From Octopus vulgaris (Eukaryota), in the NCBI GenBank assembly GCA_951406725.2, contig OX597815.1, positions 36,580,001 to 36,644,000 of the forward strand: a stretch of 64,000 nucleotides of DNA, read 5' to 3'. Positions 41,101 to 51,958 of this stretch are shown piece by piece. Numbering within the stretch: position 1 is the stretch's first letter; the number at the start of each line of letters is the position of its first letter. The translations under genes and the position numbers were made by a program. The notes beneath the pieces are model-generated. The model was not told where the DNA came from. It saw only the letters and a list, made by a program, of their open reading frames with translations, and searched no databases.

Positions 41101-44100
41101 ATTAATAAAGCACCCAGTATACTCTGTAAAGCCACTGGCCTTAGGAAGGGCATCTAGCTATAGAAACCAAGCCAAGGCTGGCATAGGAACTTGATATGGT
41201 GCTGTGGCTCACCAGATCCTGTCAAATGATCCAACCTGTGCCAGCATGGAAAATGGACATTAAATTATGATGAGTTTATATGTGTGTGTGGGTGTGTGTG
41301 TGTGGTGGTTTCATGTAGTTTCTATCTACCATATTCACTCACAAAGCATTGAATAACTCAGAGCTAAGAGACTTGTCCAGGTTTGCATAGGAAGTAGTGC
41401 TATCAAAAGTGGGTAACTCTGGCAAGAAGCCTAGATTCTCCATTACATATATATGCAAAATTTGCAACAGTAATCCCAGACAATGAACAGCTCATGTAAC
41501 TTTCTAATAACAGGCTCCTTAAAAATGAACAAATGGTATCATTAATTTAGAACAGGAGAGGCAAAAGTTAAAGTTTCCTCAATGACAGACACAAAAGTAA
41601 AATGGAAAAAAATATAGCCTGAGGAAATTAGTTATGGTCTGCATCAACCAAATACTTTAATTTTATCGACTCTAAAGTTATTATTTAGCTTCATGTTAAC
41701 CTTAATTTTACAGACCTATGGCCAAAGGAGACCCATCCTGGACCACCCATCTTTTGTATAACTAGAACTACATTGGTTAATGTGTTCTCCCTATTTTCTT
41801 TTAGAGTGTGATTTAAGGGGATTTGGTTGCATTGTGGCTCCCTCATTGATATATTGACACTCAATGAGATGGGATGAATGATAATAACCACAAAGTATGA
41901 CAATACATCATCATCATCATCATCACCATCATTTAACGTCCGCTTTCCATGCTAGCATGGTTTGGATGATTTGACTGAGGACTGGTGAACCAGATGGCTG
42001 CACCAGGCTTCAATTTGATCTGGCAAAGTTTCTACAACTGGATGCTCTTCCTAATGCCAACCACTCTGAGAGTGTAGTGGGTGCTACTATGTACTAGTCA
42101 GGTGGTACTGGCAATGGCCATGCTCAAATGGTGTTTTTTTATGTGCCACCTGCACGGGAGCTAGTCCAGTGGCACTGGCAACAACCTCGCTCGAAAGTTT
42201 TTTTCACATGCCACCGGCATAAGTGCTAGTAAGGCGATAAAATATGACTAACGATAACAACAAAGACTATAAAGGATAATGGCAGCCAAGTGGCAACATT
42301 TTATGTCATTCTCTGAAATAAAAGCCTAACATAATTTCAAAGGCAACATGCCAAATGATCTACAGCTCTGTGGAAACATTCTGTTATAAGAAGCAAAAAT
42401 ATAATGGAAATAGACATAAAAGTTATCTGGAATGAGAAAGTATATAAGGATATAAGCAGAATATACTCACATTCCTAACTTGGATTCCATGGCTGATTGA
42501 TGGTGAGCGATAATTTCTTTGTAATCTGGAATTCCCATTCCCCAGTAAATATTGGTCACAACACGATTAGTCTACAATACAGAAGGTACAATAAGTGTGC
42601 AATTCTTTAATTGCTTTAAGAAAATTATTTTTAAGCATTGAGAAGAGTACACACTGACATGAGATAAAGACATTGATTCCTAACACCTAACTTGAGAATA
42701 AGGATGGATGTGACATAGATTGTAACTCATTTTGATTGGCTTGTTACTTCTCACATAATCTCAGAACAACAGCAAGAACATTTGTATTAACAATCATCTG
42801 AGGAGAAATAACATTAAACAATTTACAAGTTAACAACTGAATGTGTATAGTTTATAGATGGAAAAAAAATCACAAATTAAATGCTGAACAGAATGATTTA
42901 TTTAGTCTATTGAACTAATGATAATTTTTGTTATTTTTGTAATTGAGTAACTTTCGTCAACTAAGTGGGTCTACGATGTGAAGTTAACCAATCAAAATCT
43001 TTGCAGAAGTCACTGACTCAGTATTCTTGATATGTAAACAAATGATGTTGTGATGTCAAACAGGTCATCTAAATTCAGCATTTGATCAACATTCTAACCC
43101 AGATCATTCTAGTTTTATTGTGAAGTTTGTTGTCATTAAAATATGTAGACCCTATTTTAAGGCTGGTAGAGTTTATTGAGGGAAGTCTAGTCACTATACT
43201 GAGTGGGTTCAGTGGCTAAGTAGGAGTTCCTTGTTAGGATTTACTGCTGTTGTTAGTAGTGTATTACTAATGTATTTGTTGTTCTTATTCTTATTGCTTG
43301 GGATTAAGTGCAGAATCTATGTCAAACCATTTCTACTTGGACAAGATTAAACTCATTACAAACTATATGATTGTTTGTTAGCTATTCCATCAGTTAAGGT
43401 TGAATTACTAGTTTTCTTTGAAACCTGGGAAGCTAAAAGTGAGTTCACAAACTTGTTTGGAAATAAAGCAATACATCTGGGATGGGAAATGAACCAAGAT
43501 TCAAGAGGTTGATACTTAACCATTCCAAACATGATGATTATTGAGAATAAGTCAACTATGTTATGATGAGTTGAATTCAGAGTGGTAAGTTTGTCAATGA
43601 AGTGACATCTAACGTAAAGAGTTCAGATAAAGAGCTAGTAAGAAGGTAAAAAAAAATGAAAAAAAAGTAGGGATATACTTTTGCTTTATAGGGAAGACCT
43701 GATCCAAACAATGGATTCATCACAACAGTATCACATTTCTCTATAGCCAACATCTTTGTCAGGGCATCAAAGTTGGCTGTGTTACGACCATCTGCTGATG
43801 TCTGTTCCTTGCTCCTTGGAATAAATACAGGGTTGTTGATACATACTGAGATTCGAAATTCAGCTCGGATTCGGAACATACATCTGACACTGCCAGATTG
43901 CATGTGTTTTTCTGCCAACCAACTAATTAACAGTAAAAAGAAAAAAACAAACTTAGAATGTAGTGAAAAAAAAGATATGAAATTTAAAAATCAAATTGCT
44001 TTATATACATATAATATCAATGGTTGATTAAAATAAAAAAAAGTTTCACTCTTAAGAGTGTCTCAGTTTACTAAATTTATCAAGTCTTCAAGAAAGTTAA

Positions 44101-47100
44101 GCAGTGTTAGGCGTTAGGCCAGTATCCTCTGTAGACGACAGCTTGTTATTGATCCACTTCACATTATTCAGAAGTTTAATATAAATACAGGTCTTTATTT
44201 CATCTATTTGGATGCTTTCAATAAATTTGGATATGAACGAATTGCTGCAGCAGGTATAATTTCCTGCTGCTAGATTAAAAAAACTAAGAGAGATTTATTT
44301 TCAAAGTTGGGATGCAGAGCTGAGCAGAGTAATGTATCCATGTTCAACAGTAAAGAAAACAAACTAGTGTTGAAGAAACTAGTGATTGTCTGTGTCAGCA
44401 AAAAACCCATAAAAATTTGTCAGAAAGAAACAGTTAATAAAATTTGAAGGATACTGCACAAAACATTAGACATAACCCCTCCTTGAGGTACACAATTTTA
44501 TTTCACAAATTTTATGAAGTGTCTGGTTGTTTGTTAGCTATTTCAGATTTCCTGGATTAATGGGTTTCATTTCGCTTGTTTGAATCACTATTGCAATACT
44601 TGTGCAGTTGTGTACACACTGGTGTTACATGGTGATAGGAAGGGCATCCAACCATAAAAATCATGCCATATATAACAACAAAGGGTGGTTGTTTCCTCTG
44701 TTGCTATGTGTGCCAGATAACAAGGCACTGTGATAAATGTGAGACACAATCCATGCAAACATACAGTAACAGTTGTGAAATTTTATAGGATATTTAAATG
44801 CAAAACAAAGAAACAACTACATGTAGGTTGTAACAGTCATTATAACCTCAACCTTCCCTCAAGGAAGTATTAAATAAGAAATTAAATAAGAAATTACATA
44901 CTTTTTTAAGGTGAATAGAAGAGTCAAGGTTGTAGGGGTACAAGTGAAATTTTTGCCTCCTTCCAAAACAATATCAAGAGAAAAGAACGCCATATTTGCT
45001 GTCACTGATTTTTCAATATTATCTGAAAAGTAAATTACACTATTAGTAATAATTTCTGGGATATCAAACCTCTAACATTGTTTTAATGTTTTTTGAAATC
45101 AAGCCGTGTGTGGATTTGCAAGAAAGAAACTAAAAGAAGCTTGAAGTGTGTGTGTCTTTATCTTGAATTTACATGATAGTTATAAGTCACCAAAATACAT
45201 ATCCAGTCTTCTGTGAAAGCATGCCTAGCACTGGGAAAATATCACCTTGCTTAGTAAAAGGTGAAGGTTGGCAACAGGAACAGCATCTGGTCATAGAAAG
45301 CCTGTTTCAACAAATTATGTCTAATCCAAGCAAGCATAGAAAAGTGAACATTAAACTGATGATGATGACATCTGTGAGGTAGAACTTTCTAATTTCTGAT
45401 ATATCAAATTCATTGCATGTCTTTATTGGTCTATCCCTACTGCATGTACTTTCTATCTGATGTATCATTTCACAACAGCTTTACACTCAACATTTACATA
45501 TAACATGTTCAACCCAACAAACCAACCATTTATGCATACACCAGCCAATGACTATAGAATGTTGTAAGCATTGAAACCAGGTCAGAAGATAACTGTGGTG
45601 CTTCCTACCTTTTTCCCCATACCAGCCTGTCTATAAAGCATTTTACACCCTCAGGCAAAGCAATGCACTAGGGCACCTCTATACATAACCACAACATACA
45701 CAGATAAGCATGGGGCTCCTATAGCAACTGCCCAGTGTGCCTATGCCTTAAGAAAGCACTGTCAATATCAGGTCCCTTGGAAGTCTTTCAAAAATTAAGG
45801 ACATTGCTCTTTATCCTGGCTAAAGGCACAAAATATTTCTAGTCCTTTTGCCAGCTCAAAACTTTTTGGTCATTTCTCAAAAACAAATAATTAAACTCTG
45901 ATGTAATTGGAGTTTCATTCAACATAGTAATTAAAAGATTTTCTGTCCCCTTTCTCTCATAATATACTTTTAAGCACTGATGAAACAGTAATTGTAAATA
46001 TGGTCTGTAATAAATATTTACACATTATAAGCACAGATAATGGCTGTATGTCTAAGAAGTCTGCTTCTCAACACTATAGTTTGGGGTTCAATTCCACAGT
46101 GCTGTACTTCAGAGGACGTGTGCAGTAGCTCTGGGCTGACCAATGCCTTGCAAATCAATTTGGTTAACAAATTGCAAAGCCTCTGTGTGTGCGTGTGTGT
46201 GTGTGCGTATGTGAATGAATGCACTTGGCATGTAAAAGTGGTGAGCCACAAATAATGAAGTTTGTCATTCCCTGTCAATTAGTTATTCACTAACTCTGCA
46301 TTTTCAAAGATATGCGAAATGAAAAATTCTTCATTCAAAAAATAGGTAAAAAAATAGTGATAGGAATAGCATCCAGCTACAAAATAATGCTTTAATAATA
46401 TGTATTTGTCTAGCCCATATTGGCATGGAAAAACAAACATACAAACAAAACAAACAATATTCCAGTTATGGTGATATCTGTTTTTAAATGGTGTTTTAAT
46501 CTGGCTATTCATAAGTGACAAGACTGTCAACTTCACTTAAATAGTTATTATTTGTTATATAGTATCAAAATTTTCATCACACAAACTGCAACTTGGTCAC
46601 CAAAAATACTGAAAAGTTTAAAATCCAAGGAAACAATACAGCTAGTATACATGCATCAACAGACTCAAAACTATCACAATGTTTGGTAGGCCATCAAGTC
46701 ATGATAACGCTTTTGAATAAAACAGTTATCCAACCAAAATTGGTATTGTCAAATTCACATTACACTAATGATGGATCATGATGATATATTTATCAAATGT
46801 ACTTACTGTTATGGTTATGGGTGATTGGAACACAGTACAGTTTCATAGCGGAATAATTATTTTGATAATTTAATAACATATCACGGCTAGTTCGGACAGG
46901 TAAAGCACGTTCACCTATTAAAAAGAAAAAATTATCAATTTAGGAAAGCAAACAACATAAAAATAATTAGTAAAATCTCCTCACACATTTTTTTCTCAGT
47001 ATTGAGTTGTTAATGACATTTAATAAAAATTATAGATTTCTTGGATTAATGGGTTTCACTTTGCTTGTTTCAATCACTATTGCAATACTGGTGCAGTAGT

Positions 47101-50100
47101 GTACAGATTGGTGTTACATGGTGATAGGAAGGGCATCCAACTATAAAAATCATGCCATATATAACAACAAAGGGTGGTTGTTTCCTCTGTTGTTATGTGT
47201 GCCAGATAACAAGGCACTGTGATAAGTGTGAGACACAATCCATACAAACATACAGGGAAAAAAATTAACATAGAATATAATGATTACACAATGTAGCATT
47301 GTTCTTTTCATAAACCAGTTTTTCAAGATAACATGGGTTGGATTAAATCCCATAGAGGCCCTAAACACATAAAATATTTTGATTCTCCTATATATATGTA
47401 ATTCAAAACATAAACAGACCATAATGTAAATTTTTGTTTTTCAAAATGAAACTAAACTAACAGCAAGATGGAAAAATAATGTATAGTTTTATATACATTC
47501 ACTTTTTTTATTTATATTTGAAAAGTTTTCTCCTACTTTTTTTTTAATTGCAAAGTTTTTGATCAGAGTTTCACTATGACACCATAAACACTTCAAAATT
47601 ACATTTCCAATTACATAAGCCACTTTGAATATTATTTTAGCAAAGTGATTTCTTTTATGCCATAAAACCATTTACCATTTCCATGGTGCCCTGCTTCCCT
47701 TGATGCTCTAAGCACATGCTTATTTTAATGGTTAAACCAGTGCTAGGTTGGACCATCTCTCCATCTATACATAAATACATTGCGAGTATGTCTGTATTTT
47801 GGAATATATAAACGTAAGATGAAGAGTGTTCTCACACTCAGTATACAGCTGTAGAGTTCATTTATTCATTTACTGAAAGCAGAAGTTCCACTGTTGCTCG
47901 GAAGACTGCCAAATGAGAAACTCAGAGTAGTAAAAAAAAAAAGTGTATTAGTACTATAATGCACTTGCCCAAACATTTTAACATACTAAAATATGCTGGA
48001 TGTAAGCGGATGCATATTAGTTTGATCCCACGTAAACAAGCAACATGATGATGTTTAACCCCAAATATGCTCTGACAGAGCTATGACCATTTGATATTTC
48101 TAAGGGTACACAGGGCTATATTATCCAATGTGTTCTTTCCTAATTTAATAGGTTAGGATGAGTGTATGTTCAGAATAGTCTGCACGTTTTCAGATCAAAT
48201 TGAAACAGGGTATCATCAGTATTGCAGTTTTTTTGGGGGGTTTTCCCTCTAATTGGTTCTCTCTGTACTAAGCATCTTTTCAAGCAAAGTTAACTGAGTA
48301 TATTAAGCAATCGCAAGAAAACCTGTAATAGAAGCCCATATTTACAATGCTTAAAGTGCAACAACTAAATATTCCTTTAAATGTCATCTGAATTCTTGGA
48401 CAACAAGCCCAACATAGAGGAGATGGCAATAGCTAAAATAAAGTTTGCTATCTTTGATGGTTTTGTAAATTTGGAAACTCAGAAGAGAAACATATAAAAA
48501 AATTTGAACCTGACAACATCAAATCCATCAGATACCTCTAATAATTTTAAAGTCCCATGATGAACTATTATTGTAATAATTTAATAAATGAGAGAACTGT
48601 AATCTATATATTAATTTTTATTTACAGACTGCTGCTCTTTCTTTTAATCTATATCACCACTTCTCCTAAGTTGTCTCCACTATCAAGACTCATTACCATT
48701 TTAATGTCCACTCTTCCATGCTTGCATGAGTTAGACAGAATCTATTGAGGCAGGTCTTCAACAGCTAATTGTCTTTCTTGTTATTAACTCTCAGCTGTTC
48801 CCATGTTCTCACAAAATATTGGAAATGGATGACAGCTATCACATGTCAAAACAAGGGAGCACAAATACACATACATGTATATGATGGTTTTGTTTTTTTT
48901 TATACTTTCCCCACTACCAAATCCACCCACAAGGATTTGATCATTCTAGGGAAATAGCAGAAGATACCTGCCTGAGTTGACATGCAATGGGATTGAACCC
49001 AAAACCATGTGGTTGTGAAGCAAACTTCTTAACCACACATCTCTGGGTATCCTAGGAATGTTATCGATAACAGATGGGGATCCTCTCCAAGATGAGACTT
49101 ATCTCTTATTGGTTTAATGAAACGCTGGTCCTCAAGATTTCAGAATTTAGATTTCTGACTTAAAAATGACTGAACGGTGCATACAAAAATGTGTGTAGGT
49201 GAATGGCTGAATACATAAAGTATAAAACTACAATATTTGTACAAAAATTACTAATTTTGAAATACTTTTACTGAAGTATTTTACTTTTGAAAAATTTTGT
49301 CCCCTTTCAATCATTGGTGTTTTACTGTTGAATACCCTTTTAGCTGTATTAAATATACAGTTAAATGAAATCTTTGAGTTAGGTGACTGAAGCAAGCCAT
49401 TACCAGATTTTCTGGCATAAAAAGCACACATTTTTATCTAGAAATTCCCCTCAAAAGTCCCTCAGTAGAGTTAAGGTAAGTATTGCAACTTAGCCTAACA
49501 TAAATAGCTTACCAAAGGGCATCAGTCTAAATCTTCATGGTTTTTATACATGAAAATGTGAGATATTCAGCTTGGTGATTTGGGTTTAACTGCAAGTTTT
49601 TCTTGCAGATTAGGCTTGCTGAAATTGTGGCATACCTTATATATCCAAAAATACGGTATATGTCTGAGCAGTGGCACAATACCAATAATAAGGTTTTAAT
49701 TTATCACTTTTTAACTTCAAAGAAATAAAGCCTCTTAAATAATGTAAACATGGAGAAATTATTAGAATGATAAAATATACACAAACAATCCGACATGTAC
49801 ATGTAATAGCTAAAATAAACTGAAGAACACAGAAGCACACACTCATATATATATATATGGATGTGTGCATAAAATCATGTTTATATCCACAGCATAACAA
49901 TAATTTTTCATAAAGTTAAATTGAAAGGAAAAAAAAAAAGAAAGAACAGCTTACCTTTGATACCATCTGATTTTTCTCCAGTCATCTGGTAAAGGTAGTT
50001 AAGAATCACCTCTCTCGGTTCTTCATCTCTCTTCAGAGAGAACATGGGTAGAGAGCGGATAGGTTTGCCCCATTCAGCATGCAAAGCAGCTTTACTCTCC

Positions 50101-50195
50101 ACTAATAAAATGGAATAGTTGCTGGGATGAAACTCTCGAGAAGAGAAACTGCTGACACTTTTTTTGGGCTTAATTACAGCCACAACCACCTCCAT
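22939..50195 (-). CDS. KRIT1: KRIT1/CCM1 orthologue, whole coding span (16 exons, 728 aa)
   Basis: 16 exons with GT-AG boundaries join in frame (241+108+121+244+101+138+154+108+105+64+161+164+115+84+72+207=2187 nt). The translation carries KRIT1 hallmarks in order: VAVIKPK..SSREF, KMLAIEKCDT..NPLFGS, ankyrin repeats, FERM motifs IWICS/LQLK..HKP/YGSAFF/IGVN, and C-terminal TKQAG. Confidence 0.95.
26380..26451 (-). CDS. KRIT1: KRIT1 coding exon 15 (ANRFTPYHIGVNGFGIHLINVQAK)
   Basis: tctttgtag| acceptor, |GTAAGT donor; GVN..G.HL.N F3 motif. Confidence 0.93.
26608..26925 (+). mobile_element. Mariner 5' fragment
   Basis: TAC..GGGCTGAAAAGTTC TIR-like start; KYLQKRGLTSKDICTDMLATLRDNTPALST HTH-like peptide. 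Confidence 0.65.
27825..27908 (-). CDS. KRIT1: KRIT1 coding exon 14 (SLKLEFLKKCHTLQIYGSAFFFGTLQER)
   Basis: AG/GTATGT boundaries; FERM F2-F3 YGxxFF motif. Confidence 0.93.
28051..28165 (-). CDS. KRIT1: KRIT1 coding exon 13 (TKNLTKFLPTSKQKVKGNANYILAQYRQLLEDDSLTHT)
   Basis: ttctctttcag| acceptor, |GTTTGA donor, phase 2-0. Confidence 0.88.
28942..29105 (-). CDS. KRIT1: KRIT1 coding exon 12, FERM F2 (QIQHEVGINLLFQEAYHNYIYGLYPF...KSY)
   Basis: tttcttcaccag| acceptor, |GTCAGT donor; LF.EA..N...G.Y motif. Confidence 0.9.
29213..29473. mobile_element. Shorter copy of the GGATC-TIR family
   Basis: Homologous to about 2900-3098; exact 8-bp TSD CAATTATC. Confidence 0.7.
29581..30039. mobile_element. 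Inverted-repeat element related to the 7.9-kb family; two hammerhead-like arms
   Basis: Arms about 29581-29730 / 29911-30039, each with CUGAGAA-G-GUU(G/U)C(aagaa)GCA(G/A)C-AAAA...UGAC. Confidence 0.55.
30206..30436 (-). mobile_element. tRNA-derived SINE, family B (Meta-like central domain)
   Basis: GGCGGCGAGCTGGCAGAAACGTTAGC head, GAGTTC B-box, GCCTTTCATCCTTT.GGGGTCGATAAA core; domain name assigned from memory. Confidence 0.8.
31102..31262 (-). CDS. KRIT1: KRIT1 coding exon 11 (LQLKLEHKPVHQLHSWKGVVKQLTEKDPEQEKPVLQWRRNAKVNLQEEQLLLS)
   Basis: AG/GT boundaries; matches KRIT1 LQLKPYHKP...LT..DP..E.P.L..RR. Confidence 0.92.
33094..33157 (-). CDS. KRIT1: KRIT1 coding exon 10 (ELDLPESYGNIFSIWICSQSL)
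   Basis: ttcatttag| acceptor, |GTACGT donor; IWICS motif; phase 0-1. Confidence 0.92.
35517..35954 (+). repeat. Direct repeat pair 35517-35629 / 35834-35954
   Basis: Shared GGTTCAGTACAC...ACCTGTTACTGTTTTGCTA. Confidence 0.85.
36458..36562 (-). CDS. KRIT1: KRIT1 coding exon 9, FERM F1 start (SRKIEIHLMDGKQKTLNLTTGDNTTVSHFREQMLR)
   Basis: ttttatttag| acceptor, |GTGAGT donor; MDG..G.NTTV FERM motif. Confidence 0.93.
36854..36961 (-). CDS. KRIT1: KRIT1 coding exon 8 (NARNKNNKTPYDLCCKASSPEMKRAADLLEAAMNRP)
   Basis: cttcacag| acceptor, |GTAAGT donor, phase 0-0. Confidence 0.93.
37878..38031 (-). CDS. KRIT1: KRIT1 coding exon 7, ankyrin repeats (KGHADAVVTLLRAGCSPN...TPLHIAAMRGKPNVVDVLLEDSNIDV)
   Basis: AG/GTAAGC boundaries; TPLH ankyrin motif. 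Confidence 0.95.
38858..38995 (-). CDS. KRIT1: KRIT1 coding exon 6, ankyrin repeat (DQLWARNYPIHKCAYEGD...GFAPIHYAA-W)
   Basis: AG/GTAAGT boundaries, phase 2-2, ankyrin consensus. Confidence 0.93.
39317..40500 (-). mobile_element. RTE-clade LINE 3' portion (ORF end, 3'UTR and (GAT)n tail)
   Basis: SVTARIRIAWAKFKELLPLLVTKGLSLRVKGRLYDACV runs on into the abundant short-repeat sequence ending in (GAT)n. Confidence 0.85.
42471..42571 (-). CDS. KRIT1: KRIT1 coding exon 5 (TNRVVTNIYWGMGIPDYKEIIAHHQSAMESKLG)
   Basis: tattgtag| acceptor, |GTGAGT donor; resembles KRIT1 VVINPYFGLGAPDY. Confidence 0.92.
43679..43922 (-). CDS. KRIT1: KRIT1 coding exon 4 (WLAEKHMQ...NPVF...KMLAIEKCDTVVMNPLFGSGLPYKAK)
   Basis: AG/GT boundaries, phase 2-0; contains the first two NPxF motifs. 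Confidence 0.93.
44545..44766 (+). repeat. 222-bp local direct duplication (partner 47034-47255)
   Basis: Near-identical, ungapped sequences by eye. Confidence 0.9.
44902..45022 (-). CDS. KRIT1: KRIT1 coding exon 3 (NIEKSVTANMAFFSLDIVLEGGKNFTCTPTTLTLLFTLK)
   Basis: ttacttttcag| acceptor, |GTATGT donor; phase 1-2 bridges exons 2 and 4. Confidence 0.82.
46807..46914 (-). CDS. KRIT1: KRIT1 coding exon 2 (ERALPVRTSRDMLLNYQNNYSAMKLYCVPITHNHN)
   Basis: tttttaatag| acceptor, |GTAAGT donor, phase 1-1, open frame. Confidence 0.85.
49955..50195 (-). CDS. KRIT1: KRIT1 coding exon 1 (MEVVVAVIKPKKSV...GEKSDGIK-G), Nudix-like N-terminus
   Basis: ATG at 50195 with an upstream in-frame TAA; donor AAAG|GTAAGC. 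Acceptor ttctcttctctag| at 50227 implies further 5'UTR exons upstream. Confidence 0.92.
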
Positions 50196-50626
50196 TGGAG
50201 CAGTAACTTCATTTACTTAGGAAATAACTAGAGAAGAGAATGTAAATAAAGAAAATTATCGTTTCATGTTTGTTATTGCTGTTTAATCTAAAATTGATGC
50301 TAGTTGAATAAGCCTAGGTTCAAAAACACTCCAGTTATAATGTTCCTATCTTTTTTTTTTCTACTGATAGTGTATATCCCAGATGTGTGCCCTCCTCCTT
50401 TTTAGGATGATAGGGTGATATTTCAAGATCATGGAATCACTTCGGGGCTCCCTAACTATATTTGTCAAAGGTAGATAGATCAATAACTAATTGACTGATT
50501 GAAAATTCTAATATTTTCAAAAATTTGTATCATACAGTTTTGAGTTCAAATTCCACCTGAGTTTGCTATGACAAGTACCTATAAGGTATTAATCTCAATT
50601 TTATAAATTTTGGTTTATATTCACAA

Positions 50627-50668
<42 letters not shown>

Positions 50669-51328
50669 CTCCAATCTCCATGCTTAGATAGTTCGAGCAT
50701 CTTGCATATAATATCAAAAAGATATTTTGAAAGCTGTATCAACCTTGCACAGAAGTTTTCAGCTTAAGATAGACCTATTCGACTCACCAAAGCATGGAAA
50801 TAAAAGGTGTAGAGATGATGATAAAGTTGATGATGGTAGACATTGGCCCCAAAACATCGATTTAATCATTAGTTAAATCTTAAAAAAACAACAACAACAA
50901 AAAAAACCCTATTGCTCAAGTATATTTCAAAAGCTATTTCAGAAAGTTAAGTAATAAGCATTGGAAACAGTAAAATAGTTGTTATCAAGGTGGCAATGGA
51001 ATTAGAGCAAAAAGAAAAGCCAGTAGTATTACACAAGTTCAAAAGGAATAGTAGAAATCTAAGATGTCTGGAGAAAAGCTATTTTTATGGCAACAAAAAG
51101 CTTTCCTATTTGTAAGGTACATTATTTTAAGTAGTATGAGAAGCAAAATGCTGTGTAGCAGTAATTTTTGATGAATAAACTTAGTATTTCATATGCTTGT
51201 TCATGAAGTCATGAGTTCAGACAGGAGTTATTTGAAATAGGATTTTATGGTTGGATGTGCTTCCTGTCAGCAATCATTATTTGTTTCTCAAAAGTAAGAG
51301 GGATTCAGATATTACATCAGTTCAGGCA

Positions 51329-51620
51329 TGGGACCTTCATAAAAAAAATCTCAACACTCCCACTTTAATTTTGAGAGGACTAATACTCCTGGAGGAAAAA
51401 AAAGCAGTCTTGTTCCTCTTTTCCCAACTTCTCTAGGATACACTATGGGAACACAAGATCAATTATAATAATCAATTAGGTATGGCAATTTATTGGGACC
51501 TTCATAAAAAAAATTTCAATGCCTCCACTTTAATTTTGAGAGGACTAATACTCCTGGAGGAAAAAAAGCAGTCTTGTTCCTCCTTTTCTAATTTCTCTCG
51601 GATACACTATGGGAACACAA
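51329..51620 (+). repeat. Tandem duplication 51329-51456 / 51494-51620
   Basis: Shared TGGGACCTTCATAAAA...CACTATGGGAACACAA. Confidence 0.9.
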
Positions 51621-51834
51621 ATCGAAGGAGAGGAGCTTTCTCCGTCCGGGTTGCGGATCCGTGGAACAAGCTGCCAGACGAGATGGTGAAGATGCCGATG
51701 ACTGCTTTGTTCAAAGCCTCCCTTGACCTCAAGTGGCCTGAACTCTTTACATGAACACCACCCTGTACTTAACTCCATGTCCCCCTACATGGCCTTGCTA
51801 TTTGCTTTTGAGCCAAATTAACTTACTAACTAAC
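51621..51834 (+). mobile_element. 5'-truncated CR1-like LINE 3' end
   Basis: RRGAFSVRVADPWNKLPDEMV...FKASLD*; CpG-rich; (ACTA)n tail. Confidence 0.7.
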
Positions 51835-51958
51835 AGGTATGGTTTCAAAACACAAAATCATAAACAATAATAATTCTCACAGTTCACTCTCTACACAACA
51901 CACAAATATTCTATACAGTCACCACGAAATAAAATAGCTTTCACAACACATTCTATAG

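Noticed and set aside
49513-49635. Exon-like segment with GTAAGC donor in KRIT1 intron 1
   Set aside because: Stops in all three frames, weak acceptor and no homology; a poison-exon role cannot be supported without transcripts.
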